A DNA stretch of 64,000 nucleotides, taken from contig NC_134028.1 in the NCBI RefSeq assembly GCF_964204645.1, positions 10,354,001 through 10,418,000 on the forward strand. Direction: 5' to 3'. The DNA is from Tubulanus polymorphus (taxonomy: Eukaryota > Animalia > Nemertea). Under the pieces are notes generated by a model. That model was not told the DNA's origin. It did no database searches and was given only the letters and a program-made list of their open reading frames with translations. Shown piece after piece: positions 1-12,714 of the stretch; position 1 is the first letter of the stretch, and every line of letters begins with the position of its first letter. The position numbers were made by a program, and so were the translations under genes.

Positions 1-3000
1 CAAAAATCGCGTCATGAAAAATCTACAAATCATATAAAAAATGTAATAGATTTTATAACCCCCGAAAATTCCAATGAACGAAAAGAACGAATAGAAAATA
101 TGAATGTGGATAAAATAAAATGTGAAGTTTGTAATGAATTTATAGTAAAAAGGAATTATAATAGACATCTCGAATCACAAAAACACTATCAAAATTTAAA
201 TAAAAATGTTTTAGGATCAGAATATTTTGATGATAAACCTCAACAAGTAAAAAAATCAACTTCAAAAACTAAATCCATTTCAAATAAACCTTACATGGAA
301 AATGTTAGAAATTATATCGATTCACTAGAAATAAAAGATACAATTGAAATTTCAGAAACATTATATAGTAAAATTGGTCCTGCAGCTATTATATTTAGAT
401 TTTTTAAAGGTACAACAATAGAAGATTATAATAAATTTATTGAATTCATGGAAAAAATACTAGATTTGGTAACAGATGTTGAATATCCAAAAATTAGTAT
501 TTCTAAAAAGTAAGTTTTTTAAAGTCAGAAGATAAAATGGATTATGATATTCAAACACTCTCTGAAGAAATAATTTCAAAAACGCAAATAAAAGAGAAGT
601 TAGAAAAAATATTTAATGAATTTAAACGACATATTGAAAAAAGATATTTTGAGGGTTCTGGTTTAACATTGAATGAAATTATATTTTTAGATTTAAATGT
701 TTATAATACAAAAATGATTAAAACATCAAAAAGTAAAACAATGTTTAAAAATGATTCAAACTTTATAACAGAAAAGGATATTAAAGCATCAAGTTATATC
801 AAATTACCATTTACAACAAAAGCAGTACTAAATATTCAAAATGAAGATAATAAATGTTTTCTATGGTCAATTATTAGTCGCTTACACCCAACTCAGGAAA
901 ATGTTTATAGAACAACAAATTACCAGAAATATGAAAAAAAACATAAAATTGATCAATATCCAGTAACTATAAAAATGATTCCTAAAATAGAAAAAGATAA
1001 TGATTTAAAAATAAATGTATTCGAATTAATACAATTACCAAAGACAAAAGGTGAAAATATTAAAGATTATACATTAGAAGCTTTATATTTAACAGAATGT
1101 TATGATGATGAAAATGTTATAGATTTGTTATATTACAAAAAAGATGAAAATGAACATTATATGTGGTTAAAACAAATTGATTTATTCTTTAGAACAGAAA
1201 GTGATTTCAACAGTCATCATAAGATTTATCTATGTAGAAAATGTTTATCTAAATTTAGAACTGAGAATACATTATTAAAACATAAAGAATTATGTGATAA
1301 TAAAGATTTTTGCAAATTAATAATGCCAACAGAAAAAGATTATAAATTGAAATTTACTAATCATAAATTTAAAAATATTGTTCCATTTGTAATTTATGGG
1401 GATTTTGAATCGTTAAATAACGAATTAACTAATCAAGATAGAAAAGAAATATATAATAAAAAGCAAATTTTAAAATCAATGGATAAAGGAAATGAATTAA
1501 ATGAAGATATAATTCAAGATCCACCAATTATAAACACAATTAAAAAAGTTCATCAAAGAGCTGCTGCTTATGGAATTTACATAAAATCAAATTATCCTGA
1601 ATTATATCAAAGTCAATATATTCCTTTTAGAGGTGAAGATGTAGTTAATAAACAAAATAATTGAATTAGAAAGTGATTTTGCAAAATTATTAAACAAAAA
1701 TAAAAGAATAGTTATGACAAAAGAAGATGAAATTGATTTTAATTACTCAACTCATTGTTGTTACTGTGAAAAACGTTTTCATTCATTTGATAAAAAAGTT
1801 AGAGATCATGATCATTTAAATTCAAAATATCGTGGAGCTGCTCATGAAGATTGTAATTTACAAACTAAGAAAGTTAATTTCGTACCAATATTATTTCATA
1901 ATTTATCGGGTTATGATACCCATCTATTTATAAAACAGTTATCAGGAAAATTGGGCACAATTAATTAAGAAATAGAAGAATATAATGCTATGAATGGCGC
2001 AAATGTAAGAAAATATGATTTTAAACTATTAGCTAAGACATCTGAAAATTACATTTCATTTCAATTTGGATGCATTAGATCTTTAGATTCTTATAGATTT
2101 CTAGCAAGTTCATTAGATAATTTAGCATAAAGTTTAGTTGATAATGATTTTATAATAACTCGACATTATTACCCAAATGAACAAGATTTTGAATTATTGA
2201 GATATAAAGGCGCAATTCCTTATTCATTTTATAAAACACATGATGATTTTAATGTAACAGAATTATTAAAAGGACAATTTTATGATCAATTAAAAAAGGA
2301 GTATGTGAAAGATTAAGTTTTTAATAGAACATTAAATATTTGGAATCACTTTAAGATAAAAAATCATGGTGAATTAGTAGATTTGTATTTAAAATCAGAT
2401 GTTATGATATTAGCTGACATATTTGAAAAATTTAGAGAAGTTAATTTGAATCATTTTAATGTTGATCCTTGTTATTGTTATTCAATTCCTGGTTTAACCT
2501 GGCAATGTGGTTTAAAATATACAAATGTAGAATTGGATTTATTAAAAGAACCAGACATGGTTCTATTATTTGAAAAATCAATTAGAGGTGGAATTAGTGG
2601 TGTTATAGGAGATAGACATTTTAAAGCAAATGATGAATATAAATTATTATATATTGACGCTAATAATTTATATGGTTGGGCAATGATGCAACCTCAACCA
2701 CACAAAATTTTTATATTAACAGAAGTTGAAAATGATGATAAAACTGATTGGGAAAGCGCAATTGCGAGTTTAAAAGATGAAGCACCAATTGGTTATTTCT
2801 TTGTAGTTGATTTAGAATATCCTGATAAAATAAAGTTTAAAACAAGAAACTTACCATATTGTCCAGAAAATTTAGCTGTAGATGATGGTTATTTAAGTGA
2901 ATACCAGAAGAAAATAAAACCGAAAGATCATGTTTTTACAGAAAAATTAATACTTACTCAAAATGATAAATATGATAATATTGTTCATTATAGAATGTTA

Positions 3001-4940
3001 AAATTTTATCTAAAACAAGGAATGAAATTAAAGAAAGTACATGGATTTATTGAATTTAATCATTCGAAGAGGTTAGAAAAATATATAGATTTTAATACCA
3101 AAAATATCAAAAACAGATTTTGAAAAAGATTTCTTCAAATTAATGAATAATAGTTTTTATGGTAAAACATGTGAAAATATTAGAAATAGAAGTGATATTG
3201 AATTAGTAAATAATTCTGAAAGATTAAGACATTTACAATCAAGTCCTAGACATTTAGGAAATAAAAGATTTGAAGATTATTTAACAGCAGTTAAATTAAA
3301 AAGAACGTCAATGAAATCTAATAAACCTATATTCATTGGTTCAACTGTTTTAGAAGTATCAAAATTATTAATGTATGATTTTTATTATAATGTTTTACAA
3401 CCACTTTTTGGGGAAAAGCATATTGAAATATTATATTTTGATTCTGTAACAGCTGACACCCCAATATTATTTAAATGTAATAGAAAAATATTGGTAAGAA
3501 GAATTTCAGAAATAATTCCAAAACAAAATGAATGTTATATTTCATATGGTGAAAAAGAATTAATACAAATAAATGAATTAATAGATGTTTGGACAAGAAA
3601 TGGATGGAAAAAATTAAAGAATATTATTAGGCATAAAACAAATAAGAAAATCTATAGAGTTAGAACTAAATTAGGGTTTGTAGATGTTACAGAAGATCAT
3701 AGTTTAATTAAACGAAATGGTGATGAAATAAAACCAACTGATATAAAAATTGGAGATGAATTATTACATAAAAGTTTTTTCCAAAGAATGAATCATATGT
3801 CATTTTATGAAATAATTGATAATATTTATAATGTAGAACCCGATACATTAGAAGAAAAAGAATATTTTATCAAAGGATTTTTTATGGGAGATGGTTCAGC
3901 AGGTGTGTATAATTATGTTAATCGCACTCAATATCGTTGGTATTTATGCAATCAAGACTTGAAATTATTAGAATGAATTAAGAAATTTTCACATAAAATA
4001 TTTAGAATCGTGGATCATATGAAATCATCAGCGGTTTATAGAATATTTGTAAATAATCCTAAAGATTTTGCTACAGAATATAATGATGAATTCTATATTC
4101 ATGCAATAGTGAAAAGTAATACTTCAACTAAAGAAAAGATAGTGCCAGATTATGTATTAAATGCAAAATATGATTTAAGAAAATGGTTCTTCATTGGATT
4201 CTATGCTGCAGATGGCACTAAAAAATTTACAAAGGATAAAAAGATAACCTTTGCACAGAAAGGAAAAGTTGCAATATCAGGGTTAAATATATAATGAAAT
4301 TCATTAGGTTTTAATATGAATATTGAATTAATTAAATCTAAACCAAATTGTTTTAATTTAAGGCAAGTAGAAAAAGAATTAACAGAAGAAGTTAATGATT
4401 TATTCGAAATATATAACCCAACAGATTATGTTTATGATTTATCAACAGATGATGGAACATTCAATTCTGGGTTCCCATTAATCCTAAAAAAATACTGACG
4501 CCTACATACTAAAAATCAAGACAAATGATATAACAAAAGACTTAAAAACATTAAAACATTATTTTGATTTTAGCAATTATCCCAAAGATCATGAACTATT
4601 TAGAAATGATAATAAAAAGATTCTTGGTAAGTTTAAAGATGAATTAGGGGGTGATGAAATGATTGAATTTGTTGGGATAAGAAGTAAAATGTACAGTTAT
4701 AGAACAAAGGATCATGAAGCTAAAAAGTTAAAAGGAATAACAAAGCACGTGGTTGATAAACATATAGAATTTCAAGATTATATAAAGTGTTTATATAACT
4801 CAATTGTAATGAAACACAAAATGAATTGTTTAAGATCAGAAGATCACGAGATGTACATTAATGAAGTTGAAAAAACTAGTTTGAATGATAAAAGGCATAT
4901 TTTAGATGATGGAATAAAAACATTACCTTATGGTTATTAA
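1..4940 (+). pseudogene. polB: Protein-primed family B DNA polymerase (pPolB) with N-terminal Zn fingers, terminal-protein/vOTU-like region, EndoVII insert and intein
   Basis: ORF pieces 100-513, 537-1664, 1714-1968, 2383-3123, 3143-3976 and 4659-4940 join via frameshifts/stops. ExoI VIYGDFES, ExoII FHNLSGYD, ExoIII YLKSDV, motif A YIDANNLYG, motif B KLMNNSFYGK, motif C YFD|TD, KMY motif, C-terminal TLPYGY. Copy 2 reads in frame across the 513/537 break and shows the start lies ~90 nt left of the window. Confidence 0.95.
3443..4493 (+). other. Intein with LAGLIDADG homing endonuclease in pPolB motif C (degraded)
   Basis: Begins SVTADTPILF right after YFD. Block B VDVTEDHSL; endonuclease motifs FIKGFFMGDG and FFIGFYAADG; block F YVYDLST; ends LILKN|TD if one extra A in the 4486-4492 run is removed. 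Excision restores YFD-TDAYILKIK...GKFKDE. About 350 codons, with stops at 3974 and 4292-4297. Confidence 0.93.
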
Positions 4941-6256
4941 AACATAAAATCAATATCATCAAACTCGAAATCACTATTGGTTTCTTCTTTTTCATTTAAT
5001 TGTTCTTGTATAATTTGTTTAGGTTCTTCCATTTCATTTTTCTCATTTAAATAAAGTTCTATCTTGTACCACATTTCATCTCGCTCTCTTTGTTTCTTTT
5101 TGTTCGTTAATTCATCAAATGGAATTATAATATCGAGGTTTTAAAAATTTACAATATTGTTACATCTTAAAAAGAATTCATAATTAATTGAATCTGTTAT
5201 TCTATTATCCATATAATATCTTAATATTTTTTTGAATGTTTCTTTTATATTTTCCATATCTTCTGTTAATTTAGGTTTTTTATAATAATCGTTGAATAAT
5301 AAATATAAATACATTTTCTTTTCTTTTGTGTTACATGTTGATGGAATAATTGTTTTTATTATATCTTTGTTATTTCACCATCTTTATTTTCTATCATTTT
5401 CATTTTTTCAAGCCATTGCTTATATTCTGGTGTATGATCTTCTATAGAAAATATCTTAAAAATTTCATCTAGATATTTTGATTTTGGTTCTATAAGAATA
5501 TCTCTAGTTTTTTCATCACCCCATAAATTCTTTTGCCATCCACATTCATTACAAAATATCACAGGACCTTCTTGTCTTAAGTACTCATAAATACATTGTG
5601 GGCATTTTTTCTATCATTTCTTGGTAATAGATCTTCATTTAGCTCTTGGTATTTACTTACGTTTTCTTTATGTTTTATTGTTCTATTATGTAGATTTAAA
5701 TTACTCTAATCAATTTACAATATTTACAATATGTTTTTCTTACTAACTCATAATATTGTTTTTCTAACTTTTCAACTGTTTCTTCATTATCTGGTAACGT
5801 TTTCTCACATTTTATTTTTTCTAATAAACTATTTTTTCTTTCATTGAATTCTGTTTCAAATTTATTAGAAATTTTATCTATATGTACTTTACGAAATTGA
5901 TGATTCTCCCAATCTTCTATATTTTCAGGGTTATATTTTATTCGACAAGGCTCACAGAAATGATCTTTTATATTATCCTTATCATAGAATAAGAAAGGTC
6001 TTTTCCAAATAATTTCAGGTTCAACTTCAACAGAATTACTATTACTTTCGTTACTATCAACATTAACCGTTGTGTCATTAACTTTACACTTCTCTGAATG
6101 TTTTTTATTTAACATAATTTCTTGAGAATAATTTATTACAATTTGGGCATTTTATTTTAGGGGGTTTATAATTTTCATCATGTTTTTTCATATGTCGAGC
6201 CATATTACTTTTTCTTAGAAGTTCACCACAAATTTCACTGTTATCTTCTCATCCAT
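4937..6256 (-). pseudogene. Viral multi-zinc-finger protein (frameshifted)
   Basis: Pieces encode EICGELLRKSNMARHMKKH, CPNC, CEPC..H..H, CKYC, CPQC and CNEC motifs with an acidic C-terminus. Start at TAAATG (6256); stop overlaps the pPolB stop in TTAA at 4937-4940. Confidence 0.65.
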
Positions 6257-6324
6257 TTATTTAGGAACAATTTTATTAAAATTAATTTTTAGTGATGAGC
6301 GGTAATTTTTTTATGTTGTAAATA

Positions 6325-7080
6325 ATGGTAGAATTAAAAGAATACAGAATATTTGTTGATTCTAGAAGACTTACTAATTATAAATCACATAATTTACTAG
6401 TACAATTAGATAGAGAATTTAAGAATTGTGTTGATTTAAAATTAGTTAATGTAAGTTTATGTAATTCTTTTCATAATATATCGAATAAAAGTCTTGATCA
6501 TTTAGCTTTTAAAATTCATGTTAGAAATTTGAATAAATGGTTTCATCTTTATCTAAAACCAGGATTATATTATTTAGAAACATTAGCGCAGGAAATTAAT
6601 AGAAGAGCTCGTTTAATAATGGGTGCAGCTGCTAGATTTGAAATTAAATTTATTAAAAGTGATAGTTCGAATAAAATAAGAATAAACTTAACTAATGAAC
6701 AACATAGATTTCTAGTAAGAAAACCTTTAGCTAAACTATTCGGAATTCTTCCAGATAGAGATTATTCAAGTATCGAAACTTATACAAATTTAATGACTTT
6801 TACACACTTTTATATTTATTGCAATTTAATTGATCCTACAAAAACATTTGAAGCAACTTAAGATACAATTTGTAATTCTAGTATATTAGATATTTTACCA
6901 TTGAAGAACGTTAAACAATTTGGAACTCAAATAAATTATAATTTAGCTGAGTGTGATTTTAAACCTTGTATTCCACATTTCAATAATTTCAAATTAGAAG
7001 TAAGAAATCACAATGGATACTTAATTGATTTGAATAACTTTCCTGTAATTTACGAATTAGTTATGAGATGTAAAGAGTAA
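6325..7080 (+). pseudogene. Minor capsid (penton) protein, single jelly-roll type
   Basis: One in-frame stop at 6859, then the same frame continues to 7080. N-terminal ..LVQLD..SLCNSFHNIS, internal FYIYCNLID and C-terminal NHNGYLIDLNNFPVIYEL match the Polinton penton pattern. Confidence 0.72.
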
Positions 7081-7096
7081 TTTCTTTGATATATAA

Positions 7097-7454
7097 ATGA
7101 ATATAACTGTTGGGCCGAGCATATGTTTTGGATTTGATTTTAAACGTGAGAAAGAAATGAAATTTAACATTACTGATACATATACATACACATATTAAAA
7201 ATATTGCATTTTCTAATGAAACAACATTTGAGTATGAAAAAACAATAGATAAAGAAACTTTAAATGTAGAAAAGATTACTAATTTAATTAGAGAATCTTT
7301 AAGATTTTATGAATTAGATGAAGATTTTATTATCGATGATATTTAAAAAAAAATAATTGAAATATATACAAATGACACTAGTAATGAAATAAATGTTGAA
7401 ATAATCATCACTAAGATAACTAAATATTTTGAAGATGGTAATTTTTTTGATTAA
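7097..7454 (+). pseudogene. Small hypothetical viral ORF (broken)
   Basis: Starts at the shared T-tract/TAAATG motif (MNITVGPSICFGFDF...); frameshifted. Confidence 0.4.
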
Positions 7455-7457
7455 TAA

Positions 7458-7695
7458 ATGAGTGATAATAAGTGGATAATAACTGGATTATATAATGGAG
7501 CCGTACTATCAGTTGGAACTGTTGGTTATTCAATGGTATTAAAAAAGTATTTAAAATGGAAAGTGTTAATGTTGATAGATTTGATATAAATGATATTTTA
7601 AAATTAACATTAGCAGTTACTTTATCTAATTTAACTATTTATCTAATTTAACTATTGATTATTTGGAAAAACAAAAATATATTCCTCCCATATAA
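7458..7695 (+). pseudogene. Small hydrophobic viral protein
   Basis: TAAATG start; MSDNKWIITGLYNGAVLSVGTVGYSMVLKK...ILKLTLAVTLSNLT..IDYLEKQKYIPP; frameshift plus a short internal duplication. Confidence 0.55.
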
Positions 7696-7722
7696 GAAGT
7701 GCATAATTTTTTCATTAAATAA

Positions 7723-8141
7723 ATGGCTTCTGCAGTTATAACTATTATAGGATCGGCAATTGTTAACGCTTTAGCATTTACTGGTGGTGGTTATTTATTT
7801 AAGCATATTGATGAAAATGGATCATTATCAGAACAAAAAAGACATAACTTAGCATTAGAGAAATATAAGCTGCAGAAGAATATAGAGAAAAGAGGCAAAA
7901 CTATATGGATTATATTAGCAAGGAATTATATGATCAGAAGATTTCACATAGAGATTTTCAATCAGTTGATGATGCAATGAGTTTATATAATGCAGTATCA
8001 AATGAAGAAAAATTACATCTATATAAACCTAAATTATCAGATTATTATACACCAAGTAAAGAACAACAGAAATATGAAATAATTTGGATTTTAGGTGGAA
8101 CAGTTATTGTTATATTTGTAGCGTATAAATTTACTAATTAG
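7723..8141 (+). pseudogene. Small membrane protein of a type seen in invertebrate Polinton-like viruses
   Basis: MASAVITIIGSAIVNALAFTGGGYLF..EQKRHNLALEK joined by frameshift to ..KPKLSDYYTPS.. and a C-terminal hydrophobic helix. Confidence 0.65.
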
Positions 8142-8161
8142 TTAATTTTTTTGTTAAATAA

Positions 8162-8600
8162 ATGGATGATAAAGTTGATAATATTGATATTATTCCTCAT
8201 GATATAAATAAAACTAAATTAAAAATATATTTAGAAAAACAGATATTAGAATTTGAAAGTGACTTAAAGATAAAAAACAAAAAAAAATATTTAAAAAGTA
8301 TAACTATATATTATTTTATTATCAGTGGTTCAGTTACGATTAGTTCTGTAATAACATTTCTAGCAATATTCAGTCCATTAACACCTTTAGCTATATCAAT
8401 TGGTGTGCTACGATTAAGTTCAAGTGTTTTAACTGGTATAAGTTAAAAATTAAATATAAAAAGTCATAAAGAAAAAATTTAAACTAATATAAAAGAAATT
8501 AATAAATTGAAGAATACACTAGATTATATAATAAGTTTAAATGGCCATATAACAGTTGAAGAACAAGGTAAATTATTAGAAGAATTAATAAATTATCAAT
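8162..8600 (+). pseudogene. Viral coiled-coil/two-TM protein (broken)
   Basis: TAAATG start; two hydrophobic segments between charged helices. Confidence 0.5.
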
Positions 8601-8614
8601 TTTTTATTATATAA

Positions 8615-9932
8615 ATGGGGTTTCCAAAAGCTTTCCAATATAAAAAATCAATTAAATATAATATTCCTGCAATAGATTTTAACAAAAATATTACATATAA
8701 AAATTTAGTTTTAAATTCATTAACTAATTTAGAAATTTATGTTACTGAATCACAGTTTTTTATTTCTAAAATGGAAAATATATTCAATACATATGAAGTT
8801 ACTTTTACTCCAGATGAATATCATATATATAAAGTAAAATCTATTGGCAGAATCAATTAAATTTTGCTGTTTATTGTGCAACAACTGGTTGTGGTATAAG
8901 TTGGAATGATCATTCAAATAACTTAGATACAAATTTGAATTATTCTGATTTAAAATTAATTCACACAATATTTAGATTTCACACATATTTTCAAATCAGA
9001 ATAATATTAAATGAATTAGAATGTCCTTTACCCGGATCTAAATATTTTAAAGAATTGGATAATAATATTAATGTATCTAAGTTTTATAAAATATGTAATG
9101 AATTTAATATAAATATTAATTCCGATTTTAGAGCGCATGGTAAATTGCAAGGTTTTGGTGGACAGTATGAAATAAAAAGAATTGATTGTATGCATAGAAT
9201 TGGGGCTTATCATAATTATAAAATTGACAATAATAATGGTTGGATTAATTTTATTTTAGAAAATAGTGAAGGTTTTACTAAAGCTGGAATACAAAGAATA
9301 AATCAATCAATTAGAACTTATTTGATATGTATTTTAGGTGCGCAAGTTGAAACAAGATCCCCAATAATTGGAAATTTAAATACATCATTTGATACACAGA
9401 AACAATTCAAAGTATCATTTGAAGATACAATTCATAATGATAAAAATAGATCGATTCCAGAAAACATAGTAAGATATCAAAATTATTTAGATAAATCACA
9501 TATAAGATTAAATTATTGTATAGGCCCTAATCTATTAATTATTTCTAATGATTTAGTATAAAGGTGGGAAATATAATTGGTTATAATAATCTAATTAAGA
9601 CTGCAACAATATATAATTCATTTGGATTGAATGATATAAATAAAAAGATTATTACTGCTCCAAAATTAATGGAAGGTGAAAAAAATAAAAAACATATTCA
9701 ATCGACAGAAACTAAAACTAAGAATATTAAATTAAATAATGATTCTAAAATAAAAGATTATAATACATCAGAAGATGGTGCCGTACGGCACAATATTCAA
9801 CATGATAATGGTGCCGTATGGCACCCACACGGTGAAATAATTAAACTAAATGATGATAATAAATCCCATGAAAATGCTAAATTAGCTATAACTTGTATAG
9901 GAATTGTAATCGGAGGAATATTATATTTTTAA
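8615..9932 (+). pseudogene. Uncharacterised Polinton-like-virus protein with C-terminal TM anchor
   Basis: ORFs 8615-8860, 8935-9561 and 9564-9932 join. Motifs QLNFAVYCATTGCGIS, FRFHTYFQIRIIL..LPG, GFTKAGIQRINQSIRTY..LGAQ. Confidence 0.65.
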
Positions 9933-9935
9933 TTT

Positions 9936-9958
9936 TTAATTTTTCTATTATATAAATG
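9936..9958 (+). promoter_or_regulatory. Representative viral promoter motif: T-tract, spacer, TAAATG
   Basis: ..AATTTTTCTATTATATAAATG. TAAATG recurs at starts 7097, 7458, 7723, 8162, 8615, 11437, 12715, 13837, 14390, 6256(-), 36482, 41278, 42667(-), 44237(-) and 45178(-), most with the T-tract; variant TAAATAATG at 6325. Confidence 0.7.
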
Positions 9959-11396
9959 GCAAAAGTAGATATTCCATTGGATCCTTTAGATGACGCTCCT
10001 GGTATAAGTGATGAACAACCACCTGATTTTGATGAAACAAGTTTTAGTAACGATAATGAAACAGCACATAATTCTAATTTAGCAAGACCTGATACTAATG
10101 AATATGTTAATAAAGCACGTTCAAGATTGGATATTGAAAATGAAAATCTAGGTTTATTAAAAAAAGAATTAGAATATGAAGAATTAACTGATAAATTTAA
10201 ACCAATATTAAAAAAATCTGGTTTCAATATAACTAATAAAGGTATGAATTATTTAGTAAAAGATTTGAAATATTTAAATGGTGATTATTATTGGCATTTG
10301 AAAGATGATTATTATTTTAAGATAACTTCTAATAAAAGTCTCGATAAAATAATAACAAAACCAACTTTAATTAAATTAGAACAATCTAGAATTAAGAAAA
10401 TCATTAATGATGTTATAACTGATGTTACAGAAGAAGAGATAACTCTAAATAGAATAGAATTTAAACGAAGAAATGATGATTTTTTGAAGATAATTAATGA
10501 ACATTTAGAACCAGAAACAATTCCTAAAGAAGTTATTAATTACAAAACTAGTAAACTTAAATCAACCGAAGTTCAAACTGAAAAACTTTTACAAAATGGG
10601 TTACTTGATGCAACAGATCAAGAATAAGAAGATTTAAATATATTTTCTGATGAAGCAATTAGAGAAATTATTAGTATAAGAAATGAAGCTGATAAAATTG
10701 CATATAATAAAAGTATAAGAGATATTAAAATTAGATTTTTAGAAAAAAAAATTGAATAATACAAATGAAGAAATAGAACAATTAAAGTCTGATTTAGATC
10801 ATCAAGTAATTGATGAAATAGAATATCGGCAAAAAGAATTACGTTTAGAAAAAGAAATTGATAATTTAAAAGATAATTTAGAAGTACAGAAAGAAGAAAT
10901 TAAATTATTATTAAAATCATATGATTATAATATTAATATAGATTAAAAATTATTTTTAAAGATTTGTTGATTAAACCAGATTCTGAAATATCATTGAAAG
11001 ATAGAATAAAATTATTATTTAAGTTAGAAGGTATAACAATTCTTTCAATTCTAACCGCTGTAACTATGGTATTTACAACAATTGGTTTAGCAATGTCAAA
11101 TTCATTAAAATCTACTCCTACTCCAAATAAACCAGATAAACCCCCGAATGATGATAATTCTATACAAGATAAAGTTAAGGATGGTTTAAAAAAAATTAGC
11201 AAAATATTTATGGGAACTATCTAAAAAATCTGCTGCAGCATTACCCGGAGTTATTGCATCAATTGTTGGTTTTATATTGAAATCTGCTGGGAATATTCTT
11301 AACTTTGCTGCTGAACATATTATTTTATTTCTAATTTCAGTTGTAAGTGCAATTATTTTTGAGTTAGTGAATATGATATCAAAAAATATCAATTAA
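9956..11396 (+). pseudogene. Large coiled-coil protein with C-terminal TM helices
   Basis: ORFs 9956-10627, 10752-10946 and 10964-11224 plus a frameshifted tail (..KKSAAALPGVIASIVGFILKSAGNILNFAAEHIILFLISV). Confidence 0.6.
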
Positions 11397-11436
11397 ACAT
11401 GATAAAAAATAAATAATTAATTTTTTTGTTAAATAA

Positions 11437-12684
11437 ATGAGTGGGAGTTATATAAGTCCTTCTAAGAATTCTAGAATATCTAATGCTATTAAAGCAGAAA
11501 GATCTCATCATATAATTACTCATAATCCTTCTAATATTAATCCCGATGAAACTTTATATGTTAGAATCCCTAGATTAACACAAAATACTTTTTATGTTCC
11601 AAATAGTATTTATTTATCAGCTGATATAAAAGTAACTGGTAATAATAATAATTATGTTGTTGATAATGTTGGAAGATATTTGATTAAAAAATTAACTATA
11701 AAGATTGGTCCAGAAACAGTTTTCTCATTAGATGATTATAATTTATTTACGCATTACAAAGATTTATGGTTAACTAAAGAAAATAGAAATAATATGATAT
11801 TTCAAGGTATCCAATCAGAAAACCAAAATAAATTCAGATCTGAAGCCAATAATGCAGTAGTAACTAATGACGTAGATAATTTGATTAAAAAGATTTATGG
11901 AAGCAGATATAAAATTCCATTAGATTTTGAATTGATAAATAATAATGCACCTTTATATAAATACGCAATTCAAGAAGATGTTATATTCGAAATAACATTT
12001 GCTCCTGTAAATGAAATTGTATTATCTAGCGTTGTTAAAGATATGGGTTATAAATTATCAAATATATGTTTAGAATATGATACAGTAACTGATGAAAATA
12101 TTGCTAACTCAATTCAAACTCAATACAATCAAGGATTTTCATCATCATATCATTATATTGATAAATTTAAAACTGTAACTATTAATGCAAATGATTAAAT
12201 AATTAATGAGAATATTAACTTCCCAAGAAGATCTATTAAAGGCGTATTAATATTTTTTACCATTGCAACATATTCTAATGGCGCAATAAATGTTGATAAT
12301 TATTATAATCCTGAAATAACAAAAGTAGAAATAACTATCGAAGGAATAGCAAATAAAATATTTTGTCAAGGAATGAGAATGATAGATCAATGGCCAGAAA
12401 TCAGAAAACATTTTATGAATGAAAAAGTAAAATCATCTGAAAATTGTAATATTAATCAAATTGATTATTATACCGGCAATAAATATGCATTATGGTTAGA
12501 TTTCAGAATAACTGAAGATAATTTATTACATGGTTCTGGGAAAAAACTACAGAACACTAAAGATGGAATACAATTATTCATGAAAAAGAAAAAAGGAAGT
12601 TTAACTTTAAAAATGCACATTTATATTATATCTGACGCGCAATTAAATATTGTAAATTCTCAATTAGATAGTATTCAATATTAG
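11437..12684 (+). pseudogene. Major capsid protein (double jelly-roll, Polinton-like-virus type)
   Basis: Single 415-codon frame with one internal stop (12196). Motifs THNPSNINPDETLYVRIP, NVGRYLIKKL, LSNICLEYD, YNPEITKVEITIEG, KYALWLDFR..LHGSG, ISDAQLNI resemble invertebrate PLV capsids; adjacent to integrase/ATPase. Confidence 0.8.
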
Positions 12685-12714
12685 AAATATAAAGTTAAAT
12701 TTAACGATATATAA

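Noticed and set aside
3443-4493. Group I intron, spliceosomal intron or Hedgehog-type Hint domain as the explanation for the pPolB insert
   Set aside because: The insert is in frame with the polymerase, has both N- and C-terminal splicing blocks plus an embedded LAGLIDADG, and lacks GT-AG ends.
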